Of a DNA stretch of 39,205 nt, positions 14,537-22,902 are shown piece by piece. The DNA is from Candidatus Poseidoniales archaeon (GTDB taxonomy: Archaea; Thermoplasmatota; Poseidoniia; Poseidoniales; Thalassarchaeaceae). How positions within the stretch are numbered: position 1 is the first letter of the stretch; the number at the start of each line of letters is the position of its first letter. Position numbers and translations under genes: made by a program. The DNA lies in assembly GCA_045568015.1 (NCBI GenBank), contig JBJLBW010000010.1, positions 1 to 39,205 of the forward strand, written 5' to 3'. Below the pieces are notes generated by a model. That model searched no databases and was not told the DNA's origin. It saw only the letters and a list, made by a program, of their open reading frames with translations.

Positions 14537-16333
14537 TTAACGTCCCCAAAAATGGTCATCTCCACGGTGTAGAGTCGTTAGTTCGTCGAGAACCTCTTGT
14601 TCGGTTGATGTCAACTCGAGTTTTCGGAGTCTTCTCGCATGACTTGCGGGTACATCTACGAGAAGAATATCTTCTTCATCGATTCCCCTACCTACCGTCG
14701 CCCCTTCGATTGCAATCGCGACTTCATCTCCCTGTTTTGCTTCCTTGTGTGAATTATCTCCAATTCGAATCGACTTGACCTGACCGACCTTTACTCCATC
14801 TGTTGTAAGCAATCTCTGCCCCACATGAAGGCGACCACCCAAGATTCTGACACCAACCACAGCGGGTCCCGAGCGGCGGAAAACATGGTCTGCAAGAATT
14901 TTGATTTTCCCAGGGTAGACAATTTTCTCTCGCTTTTCTTCCTCCAACTCATTTTTCCTATTTTCAGTCCAACTCTCAAATTGTTCAAGGATGTGATAAA
15001 CAATCTCTGATCCAATGTGGACAACTTCACAATCTTCTTTTTCCAATTCCTCAGAAGTTTCGGTTTGTGTGCCTGTGTTGAAAGCAAGGATGACTTTGTG
15101 TAAAGGATCTGCAGCATTTTCAGCACTTCGTAAATCACGTTTGTTCACTGGACCAATTCCCGCATTTCGAATGGGAATCGGATTCTCTAGATTCCGAAGT
15201 TCAAACGCGAGCGCTTCAAGACCACCCAGTGTGTCCGCTTTGATGACAATCCCTTCATCTTCTAATTCGATGCTAATTTCCGATTCTTGATCAGCAGCAT
15301 CGATCGCCTCTTGTCTCTGTTTATCATCGTCTGAAAGTACACGAAGTGTCGTTCCTGCGAGTACTCCATCCAAATCAGGAGCAGCCAATTTCAATCCAGC
15401 AGCAGCCTCTACTGTTTCAATCGCATCCCAGCGATCCCCTGCATCACGCATTTCGGCCATGCCGCGCGGTCTAAACAAGCCCCGCACTTTGGTGACCCTA
15501 GAACCTTGGTCGGTGGCAATGACGATTTCATCGCCTTTCGAAACCTGTCCACGATAGAGGATGACGTCGAGCGTTTTCCCTAGGCCGCGTTCTTCCTTCA
15601 TCTCAAGCACGGTTCCTTCGGATGCTCCTTCAACATCAGAGAGTTGTTCATCTAGGAATTTCTCAGCCAAACCAATGGTGATTGCAAGTAAATCCTGCAT
15701 TCCCTCTCCATCCTTGGCAGAACAAGGAACCATGGCGATATTTTGAGTATAATCCGAAATTTTGTTGTACATGTCTAGATTGAATCCGTGCTCTGCAAAC
15801 TGTCCTACAAGGTGCCAAAATTTCTGCTCAAACAAGCCTTGTGCGTGCGCATCTTGATCTTTCATGGATTCAGCTGCAGAACGTCCCTCGACACATTTCC
15901 AACCATGGATTCTGTCCACCTTGTTGGCACACACAACGAACGGGGTTTTGGCGTTCTTCAATATTCGAATAGATTCGAGTGTCTGTGGTTGACACCCTTC
16001 CATCAAATCAATCACAAGGATTGCAATATCTGCTAGGGACCCCCCTCTTGTTCTTAGCGTCGAAAACGAGTGGTGTCCAGGTGTATCGATGAAGAGTAAA
16101 CCAGGTGACAGGAATTCATTCCCCCCCATCAGAGGGCTGCATAATTCATTCAACAATTTAGCAGGGACTTCGGTTGCCCCAATGTGCTGGGTAATGCCTC
16201 CTGCTTCTCTGGCCATCACACTTGCTTGACGGTTCTGACCCAAACTGCGGATATAATCCAAAACCGATGTCTTTCCATGATCCACGTGGCCTAAGACGGC
16301 TACAATGGGTTGTCGGCGGCTATTTTCAGCCAT
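14537..16333 (-). CDS. infB: Translation initiation factor aIF5B (archaeal IF2-type GTPase)
   Basis: VAVLGHVDHGKTSVLDYIR (G1), DTPGH (G3), NKVD (G4), and the position after ndk in the conserved archaeal cluster. ATG 16333 (MAENSRRQP...) is preceded by GGAGTGA. The track's GTG at 16387 would translate through a 28-bp palindrome. Confidence 0.93.
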   Translation of the reverse strand: MAENSRRQPIVAVLGHVDHGKTSVLDYIRSLGQNRQASVMAREAGGITQHIGATEVPAKLLNELCSPLMGGNEFLSPGLLFIDTPGHHSFSTLRTRGGSLADIAILVIDLMEGCQPQTLESIRILKNAKTPFVVCANKVDRIHGWKCVEGRSAAESMKDQDAHAQGLFEQKFWHLVGQFAEHGFNLDMYNKISDYTQNIAMVPCSAKDGEGMQDLLAITIGLAEKFLDEQLSDVEGASEGTVLEMKEERGLGKTLDVILYRGQVSKGDEIVIATDQGSRVTKVRGLFRPRGMAEMRDAGDRWDAIETVEAAAGLKLAAPDLDGVLAGTTLRVLSDDDKQRQEAIDAADQESEISIELEDEGIVIKADTLGGLEALAFELRNLENPIPIRNAGIGPVNKRDLRSAENAADPLHKVILAFNTGTQTETSEELEKEDCEVVHIGSEIVYHILEQFESWTENRKNELEEEKREKIVYPGKIKILADHVFRRSGPAVVGVRILGGRLHVGQRLLTTDGVKVGQVKSIRIGDNSHKEAKQGDEVAIAIEGATVGRGIDEEDILLVDVPASHARRLRKLELTSTEQEVLDELTTLHRGDDHFWGR

Positions 16334-16350
16334 AATATCACTCCCATTTC

Positions 16351-16378
16351 CCAATTGGAAGTTTAAACTTTCAATTGG
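16351..16378. repeat. 28-bp near-perfect palindrome CCAATTGGAAGTTTAAACTTTCAATTGG in the ndk-infB spacer (CAATTG dyad family)
   Basis: 13 of 14 arm positions are complementary (one G.T). CAATTG boxes at 16352 and 16372 are 20 bp apart. Confidence 0.6.
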
Positions 16379-16383
16379 ATTCC

Positions 16384-16830
16384 TCACTCGTAAACCCAGG
16401 TCTCACGAATTGGATCCCAATCATTCAGTCCTTCTGGGAACCAGAGTCCAAGTTCGAAGGCTGCAGTCTCCTCTCCATCACTACCATGAATCAAATTGTA
16501 CCCAATATCCATGCCGAAGTCTCCTCGGATTGAGCCCATAGCTGCTTCCCGGCCATTGGTTGCACCAATGATATTTCGACAAACTGATATTGCATCAACA
16601 CCCATCCATGCCATAGCCACAACTGGGCCCGATGTTACGAATTCTACAAGGCCAGAATAGAATGGCCGATCTTTGTGAACAGCATAGTGTGATTCTACAA
16701 GTTCTAGACTCGGTACAATTGATTTCAATCCTACCAAACGTAGTCCCTTTCGCTCAAAGCGGGAGATAATTTCTCCAACCAATCCGCGCTGTACACCGTC
16801 AGGTTTCACCATTACATATGTCGTCTGCAT
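16384..16830 (-). CDS. ndk: Nucleoside diphosphate kinase
   Basis: [30 protein letters not shown]..., active-site region NLIHGSD. ATG 16830 is preferred over the track's GTG 16839. Confidence 0.93.
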   Translation of the reverse strand: MQTTYVMVKPDGVQRGLVGEIISRFERKGLRLVGLKSIVPSLELVESHYAVHKDRPFYSGLVEFVTSGPVVAMAWMGVDAISVCRNIIGATNGREAAMGSIRGDFGMDIGYNLIHGSDGEETAAFELGLWFPEGLNDWDPIRETWVYE

Positions 16831-16922
16831 GTTTGACACCGAATCGGCCGACCGTCCACCCCTATTTCAGGACGCCGCCACTGTCAGATATGGCGTTTTC
16901 AATCGAGAGAGGGCGTAGAAGG

Positions 16923-17111
16923 TTACTGGATTCCGCCCTTGACGTAGCGACGTGTCCACTTGACCTTGCGCGGATTGCGACCCAGTTTCATATTCTTACG
17001 TGCCTTTGAATCTTTGAACCAAAGCACAGTTCCATCCCGTTTGACATACATCACTCCGGTACCAGGTTCAATCTCTTCACCTGAGAAGTTGCAAATTCGA
17101 CGTTCTACCAT
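16923..17111 (-). CDS. rpl24e: 50S ribosomal protein L24e (eL24)
   Basis: CNFSGEEIEPGTGVMYVKRDGTVLWFKDSKARKNMKLGRNPRKVKWT is the typical eL24 zinc-ribbon-like N-domain. Size is 62 aa, at the expected position in the cluster. Confidence 0.9.
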   Translation of the reverse strand: MVERRICNFSGEEIEPGTGVMYVKRDGTVLWFKDSKARKNMKLGRNPRKVKWTRRYVKGGIQ

Positions 17112-17120
17112 GATTCCACC

Positions 17121-17339
17121 TCAGCGAACATTGAGTTTTCGAGCTTCACGGCCAGTATCCCGTAGCATTAGAATGTCGCCAATCCTTACAGGACCGACAA
17201 CATTGCGAGTGATGATCCGACCGACGTCACGAGGGTTGGGTGCATCATTGACACGAACTTTCACCTGAGTCGCCTCCCCGGTCATACCGGTTCGTCCGAC
17301 AACTTCGACAACTTCTGCCGGCCATCCTTCCTGAGTCAT
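17121..17339 (-). CDS. rps28e: 30S ribosomal protein S28e (eS28)
   Basis: [23 protein letters not shown]...[30 protein letters not shown] matches the eS28 pattern. Confidence 0.9.
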   Translation of the reverse strand: MTQEGWPAEVVEVVGRTGMTGEATQVKVRVNDAPNPRDVGRIITRNVVGPVRIGDILMLRDTGREARKLNVR

Positions 17340-17367
17340 TCTTCATTCCTCCTGGCGATTATTAGAA

Positions 17368-17742
17368 TCAGTTCAGTGCATCGGTGTGGCCTTTCACACC
17401 GTTGAAGGCTTCTTCAGCACCTTTGGCAACTTCCATCAATGCGATGGCAGCAGTCTTTGCACCACTGTTCATTCCTGCGGCTTCGGCCAAGTAGGCTTGG
17501 TCTTCCACGTATATGAAAGGGATATTCTTCTCTTTGCAGATGAGGGGGACGTGGGCCAGCAACTCTGCTGGGTTCACGTTTTCTGCCATAACAACCATCT
17601 TCGCTGTGCCGCGTTCTGCTGCTTTGGTTACCTCATTACTGCCTTTCTTCAACCGGCCGTTTCCGTTGCCTACAAGCTTAACAAGTTCGTAGACACTGTC
17701 TTGGACGTCTTTCGGGGTTTCAAATGCTATGTGTACACTCAT
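17368..17742 (-). CDS. rpl7ae: 50S ribosomal protein L7Ae (eL8 / kink-turn binding)
   Basis: KKGSNEVTKAAERGTAKMVVMAENVNPAELLAHVPLICKEKNIPFIYV. ATG 17742 has GAGGAG 8 nt upstream; the track start 17751 is a GTG. Confidence 0.92.
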   Translation of the reverse strand: MSVHIAFETPKDVQDSVYELVKLVGNGNGRLKKGSNEVTKAAERGTAKMVVMAENVNPAELLAHVPLICKEKNIPFIYVEDQAYLAEAAGMNSGAKTAAIALMEVAKGAEEAFNGVKGHTDALN

Positions 17743-17804
17743 TGGATTCACTCCTCATGTTTGGTAAGCCGCCGCACGGCGTGCCTCGTATAAACGCAGC
17801 GGAA

Positions 17805-17817
17805 GCCCCTACGGGGC
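17805..17817 (-). other. Short GC tri-loop hairpin downstream of prs (GCCCC-TAC-GGGGC on + strand)
   Basis: Perfect 5-bp stem, 11 nt after the prs stop. The transcript-sense sequence CCCCGUAGGGG is the same core as the hairpin at 9317. Confidence 0.3.
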
Positions 17818-17827
17818 CCACAAGGTC

Positions 17828-18766
17828 TCAGAGAACCCGTTCAATCAACGAATTCACGCCTCTCGCGATGGCTGGAGCCCCACTGACCACCGAACGTGGA
17901 TTGGGTAGGGAATCGGTTGCATGCACGCCATCGACATGGTTTGAAAGACGTGTAATAGCCCCTCCTGTGAAGAGTCCGTGGGTACATGCGGCGTGGACTG
18001 CTTTTGCACCTTGACGGCGAAGAGCGTCACTTGCTTTGCATATCGTGCCGCCAGTCGAAATCATGTCATCGACAATGGCTACGATTGCACCATCAACATC
18101 CAAATCCTTGGCTTTGTGTTCAATCGTGTGGGCATCAATTCGAGTTTTTTCGAGGTAGGAGAAGTTGCAACCGATCGCGTTCGCGACATGACTCGCTCGT
18201 TCGATGGCCCCTTTGTCGGGACTTAGCACAAAATCGGGGTGGACAGTGTTTTGGAGATGAATGGCGATCTCAGGCATTGAGGATACGAATTCGACAGGGA
18301 CCTCCAGATCTTCAAGAACAGCTGGAGCATGAAGGTCCAATACAACCATCCCATCACAACGGCGCGTCAATAGCCTCGCCAGGAGGCGGGCTGAAACAAC
18401 TTCGCCACGTTGGAAACGTTTGTCCTGTCGTGAATATCCAAAGTAAGGGACGGCGAGAAAGATACCTGGGCCAGCATCATCGAGGTTTTGCTCCCCCTCG
18501 CCTTTCAGATTGCGCATATCACCGCGTCGAACATCGTGAATCGATTCCAACATCAACAACGCCTCTACGATTCCAGAATCAGGGAATGTTGTCGCCACGA
18601 GTACAACGGGCTCTCTCCGAATCGCCTCAATGCTTTCCTGAGGTACGCGGACATAGCCTTCCGAGTCGGGAAACCGACGAACTTCAAGGGGGTGGTGTTC
18701 CCATCCGAGTTGATCAGCCAAGGCAGATGCCAACTCAGCGGCATTGCTCCCTGACACGACTGCCAT
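17828..18766 (-). CDS. prs: Ribose-phosphate pyrophosphokinase (PRPP synthetase)
   Basis: MAVVSGSNAAELASALA matches archaeal Prs N-termini. Also RFPDSE, YFGYSRQDKRF and the PRPP loop VDDMISTGGT. Upstream in-frame ATGs at 18793 and 18805 remain possible. Confidence 0.9.
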   Translation of the reverse strand: MAVVSGSNAAELASALADQLGWEHHPLEVRRFPDSEGYVRVPQESIEAIRREPVVLVATTFPDSGIVEALLMLESIHDVRRGDMRNLKGEGEQNLDDAGPGIFLAVPYFGYSRQDKRFQRGEVVSARLLARLLTRRCDGMVVLDLHAPAVLEDLEVPVEFVSSMPEIAIHLQNTVHPDFVLSPDKGAIERASHVANAIGCNFSYLEKTRIDAHTIEHKAKDLDVDGAIVAIVDDMISTGGTICKASDALRRQGAKAVHAACTHGLFTGGAITRLSNHVDGVHATDSLPNPRSVVSGAPAIARGVNSLIERVL

Positions 18767-18835
18767 GTGCCGTTCCCAGAGACGACTGTTCATGTTGTTT
18801 CCCATCAAGACACGTCTTTCTATCAGCAGGAAAAG

Positions 18836-18910
18836 TGGACGAGGCAGGATTTGAACCTGCGACCTCCCGGTTATCAGCCGGGTGCTCCAGCCAACCTAAG
18901 CTACCCGTCC
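18836..18910 (-). tRNA. tRNA-Ile (anticodon GAU), no encoded CCA
   Basis: Reverse complement is GGACGGGTAGCTTAGGTTGGCTGGAGCACCCGGCTGATAACCGGGAGGTCGCAGGTTCAAATCCTGCCTCGTCCA. Anticodon stem CCCGG/CCGGG with loop CTGATAA; T arm GCAGG-TTCAAAT-CCTGC. A TTAATT run lies about 30 nt upstream (18937-18944). Confidence 0.9.
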
Positions 18911-18958
18911 AGAGCAATCCGGCGACCGATGCCCCCGAATTAACAATGACGGTTCTAC

Positions 18959-19546
18959 TCAATCCTCTGGAAAGCCTTCGTTAATCTGGATATAACTGGG
19001 CAAAGACCGCAGTTTTTCGTATGTCCGAGAAAGAACGACTTCATCCAATCGAGCCCTTGTGCGTGCAAGAGCGGTAACGGGAATGTCGATGGTTTCGCCA
19101 AGGGAATATCTCCGTCGAACTGCAGAGCGTAGTTTTACAGTAATGCCTCGATACGTCCGCTTGACCTTGACCAATCCGATGACGACACCAAGTTCCATGC
19201 CATCATCATCCAAGACCGCTCTGTCAAGAAGTTCGTCGGGTGCGTAGAGTTGTTCTTCAATCCGCACCGTATTTCTCCAGCGTCTCTGTAACTCACGCAT
19301 CGACTTTGAGAGCTTGACCGAACCATCATCCTGGATTGAGTGAATCAATTCCTTCGATAGTGGTGCGTGCTCAGCCGGCTTGCGCATGTATTCCTCTGCG
19401 ACGTTTGGTTGTACTTGTATCCTCATCGAGCGAACCCGATCTTCGTTGGGGTGATATCTCTCCCCCACAATTGTTCCTACAAGGTTTTCACCAACGTATA
19501 CTTCTCTTTGTAGAAGTTCCTGAATCCTATAATTATCATCTGCCAT
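18959..19546 (-). CDS. Protein with two PRC-barrel-like domains
   Basis: Two segments with the PRC-barrel pattern: LLQREVYVGENLVGTIVGERY...MRIQV and LLDRAVLDDDGMELGVVIGLVKV...ITVKL. The family call is from memory of the motif only. Confidence 0.55.
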   Translation of the reverse strand: MADDNYRIQELLQREVYVGENLVGTIVGERYHPNEDRVRSMRIQVQPNVAEEYMRKPAEHAPLSKELIHSIQDDGSVKLSKSMRELQRRWRNTVRIEEQLYAPDELLDRAVLDDDGMELGVVIGLVKVKRTYRGITVKLRSAVRRRYSLGETIDIPVTALARTRARLDEVVLSRTYEKLRSLPSYIQINEGFPED

Positions 19547-19639
19547 TTAATCGTCTCCTATTGCAACATCCCATCCTGCTTGTCCTTGCACGTGTCGATT
19601 GGGCTATTAAACCATCCCATTGTCAAATTAAATCAGTTG

Positions 19640-19748
19640 TTCAATTGAAAATGGCTGATAATCCTATATTTTTCAATTGAACATTCGATAATACGCCCCG
19701 ATATGCATTTGTATATTTTCAATTGAAAATGGCGGATAATTGAACATT
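19640..19748. repeat. Degenerate tandem duplication in the divergent spacer: 23-nt repeat TTCAATTGAAAATGGC(T/G)GATAAT x2 and AATTGAACATT x2
   Basis: The 23-nt copies at 19640-19662 and 19718-19740 match at 22 of 23 positions. The 11-nt copies at 19675-19685 and 19738-19748 are exact. CAATTG boxes at 19642, 19674, 19720 and 19798. Confidence 0.7.
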
Positions 19749-19866
19749 ATCAGCCAATTAAAAATTCGACTTCGATGGATGTCTAATTTCATTTAATCAA
19801 TTGACAAATAAGTTTCTATCTAATACAAAAGGTCTCGCTGTTTGAAGATTAATCCACCGAACATTC

Positions 19867-21399
19867 ATGGATGCCCTCCGTCTCGAATCGAGCATGCTTG
19901 AGCCTCTTTGGACAATTCGAGACCTTTCGAATGGTTCATCAGCTCAAACTACAGGGTTATCCGATGACGTAATCAAACGCTTCTGTGAGATGAGTTCCGG
20001 TGGTGCTTCCATCCTGATACATGCGATTGCGGAAGCAGTAGTTGCCTTCGATCGCCTAGTTGCAGAATTTGGTATTGAGTATTTGGCCCAAGACGAAGCA
20101 ACACTCGTCTCTTCAGTCCAATCTGATTTGATTAATTTTTATTCTCCAGCAACAATCAATCCCTATGTGGCCATTGCAGCCCGTGGACCTTGGGTCATCA
20201 CATCGAAGGGAGCCGTACTTCACGACAATGGAGGGTATGGTATGTTAGGTGGTGGACACGGCCCATCTGCTGTCATTGATTTGATGTCTCAGAATTGGGT
20301 TATGGCAAATGTGATGACTCCATCATTCAGTCAGAAACGTCTCACCGATCGCCTCCGTTCAGAATTGGGCCATGCCCGTGGAAATTGTCCATTTACACGC
20401 TTTATTTGTATGAACAGCGGCTCTGAATCGGTTACTGTAGGTTTGAGAATTGCAGATGTAAATGCGAACCAACAGACTGGACCAGGTGGTAGATACGAGG
20501 GTAAACCAATCAAACTTCTCGCCATTGAACAAGCATTCCACGGCCGAACCGACCGTCCGGCTCAAATCTCTCATTCTTGCAAAGATGGTTATGATGAGAA
20601 CCTCGCCACATTCCGTGATCGTGACAATTTACTGTTGGTTCCCCCAAATGATGTCCAATCTCTCGAGGCTGCTTTTGCTAAGGCCGACCGGGAGGGCTTT
20701 TTCATTGAGATGATGGCGATTGAACCAGTTCAAGGTGAAGGCAACCCTGGTCAATGTGTGACTAGGGAATTCTATGACGCTGCTCGTCGTTTGACTCTTG
20801 AGCATGGCAGCCTTCTTCTCGTTGATTCGATTCAAGCAGGGCTGCGAGGCCAAGGAACCCTTTCAATCATTGATTATCCCGGATTTGAGGACTGTGATGT
20901 ACCCGATATGGAAACCTGGTCAAAGGCACTCAACGCGGGTCAATATCCTCTCTCTGTTCTGGGCATGGGGCCTCGAGCAGCCGAACTCTATGTCGTTGGA
21001 ATATATGGCAATACGATGACAACCAACCCCCGTGCTCTTGAAACCGCGATTGCAGTACTTGATCGAGTCACTCCTGAGTTGAGGAAAAACATCCGCGATA
21101 GAGGGGCAGAATTGGTCGAGAAGTTGGAGCAACTGGCAATTGAGTTACCGGATGTCATCATCAAGGTGCAGGGCACTGGTCTGCTATGTTGTGCGGAATT
21201 GAACCCTGATACACACCCTGTTGTTGGTTTCGGACAAGTTGAAGAAATGTGTCGGAAGAATGGGCTTGGTATCATCCATGGAGGTAAAAACGCCCTGAGA
21301 TTTACCCCCCATTTTGAAATCACATCTGAAGAGATCGATTTGGTCGTTGACCTTGTTCGGAAAACCCTCAACCAACACACTGCAAACAGTTCTGAGTGA
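19867..21399 (+). CDS. Class-III pyridoxal-phosphate-dependent aminotransferase (substrate unknown)
   Basis: NSGSESV, QAFHGRTDRP, AIEPVQGEGN, VDSIQAGLRGQG (variant of DEVQTG) and the PLP-lysine region WSKALNAGQYPLSV. It has an N-terminal extension of about 90 aa relative to typical members. Confidence 0.88.
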   Translation: MDALRLESSMLEPLWTIRDLSNGSSAQTTGLSDDVIKRFCEMSSGGASILIHAIAEAVVAFDRLVAEFGIEYLAQDEATLVSSVQSDLINFYSPATINPYVAIAARGPWVITSKGAVLHDNGGYGMLGGGHGPSAVIDLMSQNWVMANVMTPSFSQKRLTDRLRSELGHARGNCPFTRFICMNSGSESVTVGLRIADVNANQQTGPGGRYEGKPIKLLAIEQAFHGRTDRPAQISHSCKDGYDENLATFRDRDNLLLVPPNDVQSLEAAFAKADREGFFIEMMAIEPVQGEGNPGQCVTREFYDAARRLTLEHGSLLLVDSIQAGLRGQGTLSIIDYPGFEDCDVPDMETWSKALNAGQYPLSVLGMGPRAAELYVVGIYGNTMTTNPRALETAIAVLDRVTPELRKNIRDRGAELVEKLEQLAIELPDVIIKVQGTGLLCCAELNPDTHPVVGFGQVEEMCRKNGLGIIHGGKNALRFTPHFEITSEEIDLVVDLVRKTLNQHTANSSE

Positions 21400-21890
21400 G
21401 TGGATGTGTCTCGGTGTCTGAATCATTAGTAATCGAGTTTATCGATGTGTATTCGCCGAGTGGGGATGGACCAATAAACCAGTGGATATCTGAAGTAATG
21501 AATGATCAAGAACCAGAAAATGATGATGCGATCTATCATTGGGTACACATTCGAGATGCAAAGGTTGCGCGACGAATTCTCGAGGAAAACGAAGTGAGTG
21601 GGACATTCCAATTGTGTGGTCGGCGTGCCTGGACTCAACAAATGGTTGTAGATGAAATCAAAGGACTTTGGTCTCGTTTTCAAAATGCCGTAGAACATTC
21701 GCACACAATAGAATCCTTGAGCGAAGTTCCATCTCCTGCAGCCGTACGATACAGTGGTGAACGAAGGCGCCCAAATTTAGGGCCATTGCACGATGCTCTC
21801 GTATCCTGTGGAACCGATGGTTGGCGTCCAATGACTGCAATGAGGGTTGGGTTGATGGAATGTATTGCCCACTCAACCGAACAGATCTGA
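21396..21890 (+). CDS. Hypothetical protein resembling only the C-terminal half of an NAD-dependent epimerase/dehydratase (possible gene remnant)
   Basis: YHWVHIRDAKVARRIL and GTFQLCGRRAWTQQMVVDEIKGL resemble the substrate-domain motifs of extended SDRs. No Rossmann GxxGxxG or YxxxK is present. GTG start overlaps the aminotransferase stop, and the 3' end overlaps dys by 18 nt. Confidence 0.4.
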   Translation: MSGCVSVSESLVIEFIDVYSPSGDGPINQWISEVMNDQEPENDDAIYHWVHIRDAKVARRILEENEVSGTFQLCGRRAWTQQMVVDEIKGLWSRFQNAVEHSHTIESLSEVPSPAAVRYSGERRRPNLGPLHDALVSCGTDGWRPMTAMRVGLMECIAHSTEQI

Positions 21891-22850
21891 ACCCAGCAGA
21901 GGAAGCAGAACGCTGGCATCCCCTTCCACGGTAACCTGTGGAGCTTCCGGACGAATTTTACCCCACGATATGGCTTCTTTCAATCGGGCTCCTGAGAGGC
22001 TCCCATCGTGTTCTGGTGCAGTTGTGATTCCAACAGCAGAGTCCAACCCGTCCCGATATTGATTCCACCAAATGACATGGTGCTTTGAGATGCCTCCGCC
22101 AACCATCAATGCATGACTTTCTTTGCATGTCCATGTCATATCGGACAAAACTTGTTCATCGGCCAAGAAATCAATCATGAAATCAGGACTCCGCTGACGA
22201 TGCATGAATAATTGAGCCCCAATCGACCCATCTGATAAGCCAGGAATTACAATTGGAATACGATGCTTCGCCGCCCAGTACAACAAACTGCTTTCATCAT
22301 CAATACGATCACCAAAAGCCCAACACAATTCGATACTTCCAAACCCTCTCCACGGGTTTTCGGGGTGGGATTTTTTCCGCTCTTCTTCAATCTCTTCAAG
22401 CCAGGGAAGGACCGAGTTTTCTATGATCTCTCCGTAGCACTCATTGGGTACAATCACATTTCCAAGGCGGTTTAGGCCCTGTTCACCGAGTTCTACATCA
22501 TCCAATTCAAAGGCACCGTGGTAGTATGATTGGAAGGTTCGAGCAATGTCGTGGTCAAGCGTTCCACATGTTGTGATGATGACATTGTATGCCTTGCGCT
22601 TAATCGCTTCAACAAAAAATCCACGAGTCCCTGTTGCACATAGACAAGCTGGAAACGAGAGCCAATTCAGAACCCCTTCATTTTGAGATTTTGAGATTGC
22701 ATCCTTGAGAACATCTCTAGCGTGTGCTAACTTCGTCGCTGTAAACCCGCCCGCATTACCCATCTGATCAATCAATGAGGGCACATCGCCAATGTCTGCA
22801 AAATCGTAGTCTTTGACAGGTACGTCGAAATCCTCGCGCTTTACCGACAT
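21873..22850 (-). CDS. dys: Deoxyhypusine synthase
   Basis: GGFTATKLAHARDVL, IITTCGTLDHD, VGGGISKHH, TAPEHDGSLSGA. ATG 22850 has AAGGTG 5 nt upstream; the track start 22880 is a GTG. Confidence 0.92.
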   Translation of the reverse strand: MSVKREDFDVPVKDYDFADIGDVPSLIDQMGNAGGFTATKLAHARDVLKDAISKSQNEGVLNWLSFPACLCATGTRGFFVEAIKRKAYNVIITTCGTLDHDIARTFQSYYHGAFELDDVELGEQGLNRLGNVIVPNECYGEIIENSVLPWLEEIEEERKKSHPENPWRGFGSIELCWAFGDRIDDESSLLYWAAKHRIPIVIPGLSDGSIGAQLFMHRQRSPDFMIDFLADEQVLSDMTWTCKESHALMVGGGISKHHVIWWNQYRDGLDSAVGITTAPEHDGSLSGARLKEAISWGKIRPEAPQVTVEGDASVLLPLLGSDLFG

Positions 22851-22902
22851 GGGAACACCTTGGCGACCAATGACTATCACTTGAATTGACGGGTTGAATA
22901 TA

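Noticed and set aside
18735-18962. 75-aa minus-strand ORF
   Set aside because: It overlaps the whole of tRNA-Ile (18836-18910), so the tRNA explains the sequence.
17986-18984. 332-aa plus-strand ORF, one of the longest unassigned ORFs
   Set aside because: It is fully antisense to prs, which has unambiguous PRPP-synthetase motifs, and it also crosses the tRNA-Ile. The translation is R/H/Q/C/S-rich with no recognisable motif, as is typical of a shadow ORF.
19640-19740. 23-nt direct repeats and dispersed CAATTG dyads as a CRISPR array
   Set aside because: There are only two adjacent copies, spaced 78 bp apart with related rather than unique intervening sequence. The other copies are dispersed singly at gene boundaries, and no cas genes are present.
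19547-19866. AT-rich repeat-bearing spacer as a replication origin
   Set aside because: No orc1/cdc6 gene is adjacent. The repeats are only 2-4 copies and do not resemble ORB-type boxes with G-strings as I remember them. A regulatory spacer explanation is simpler. An origin cannot be fully excluded without skew or marker-frequency data.
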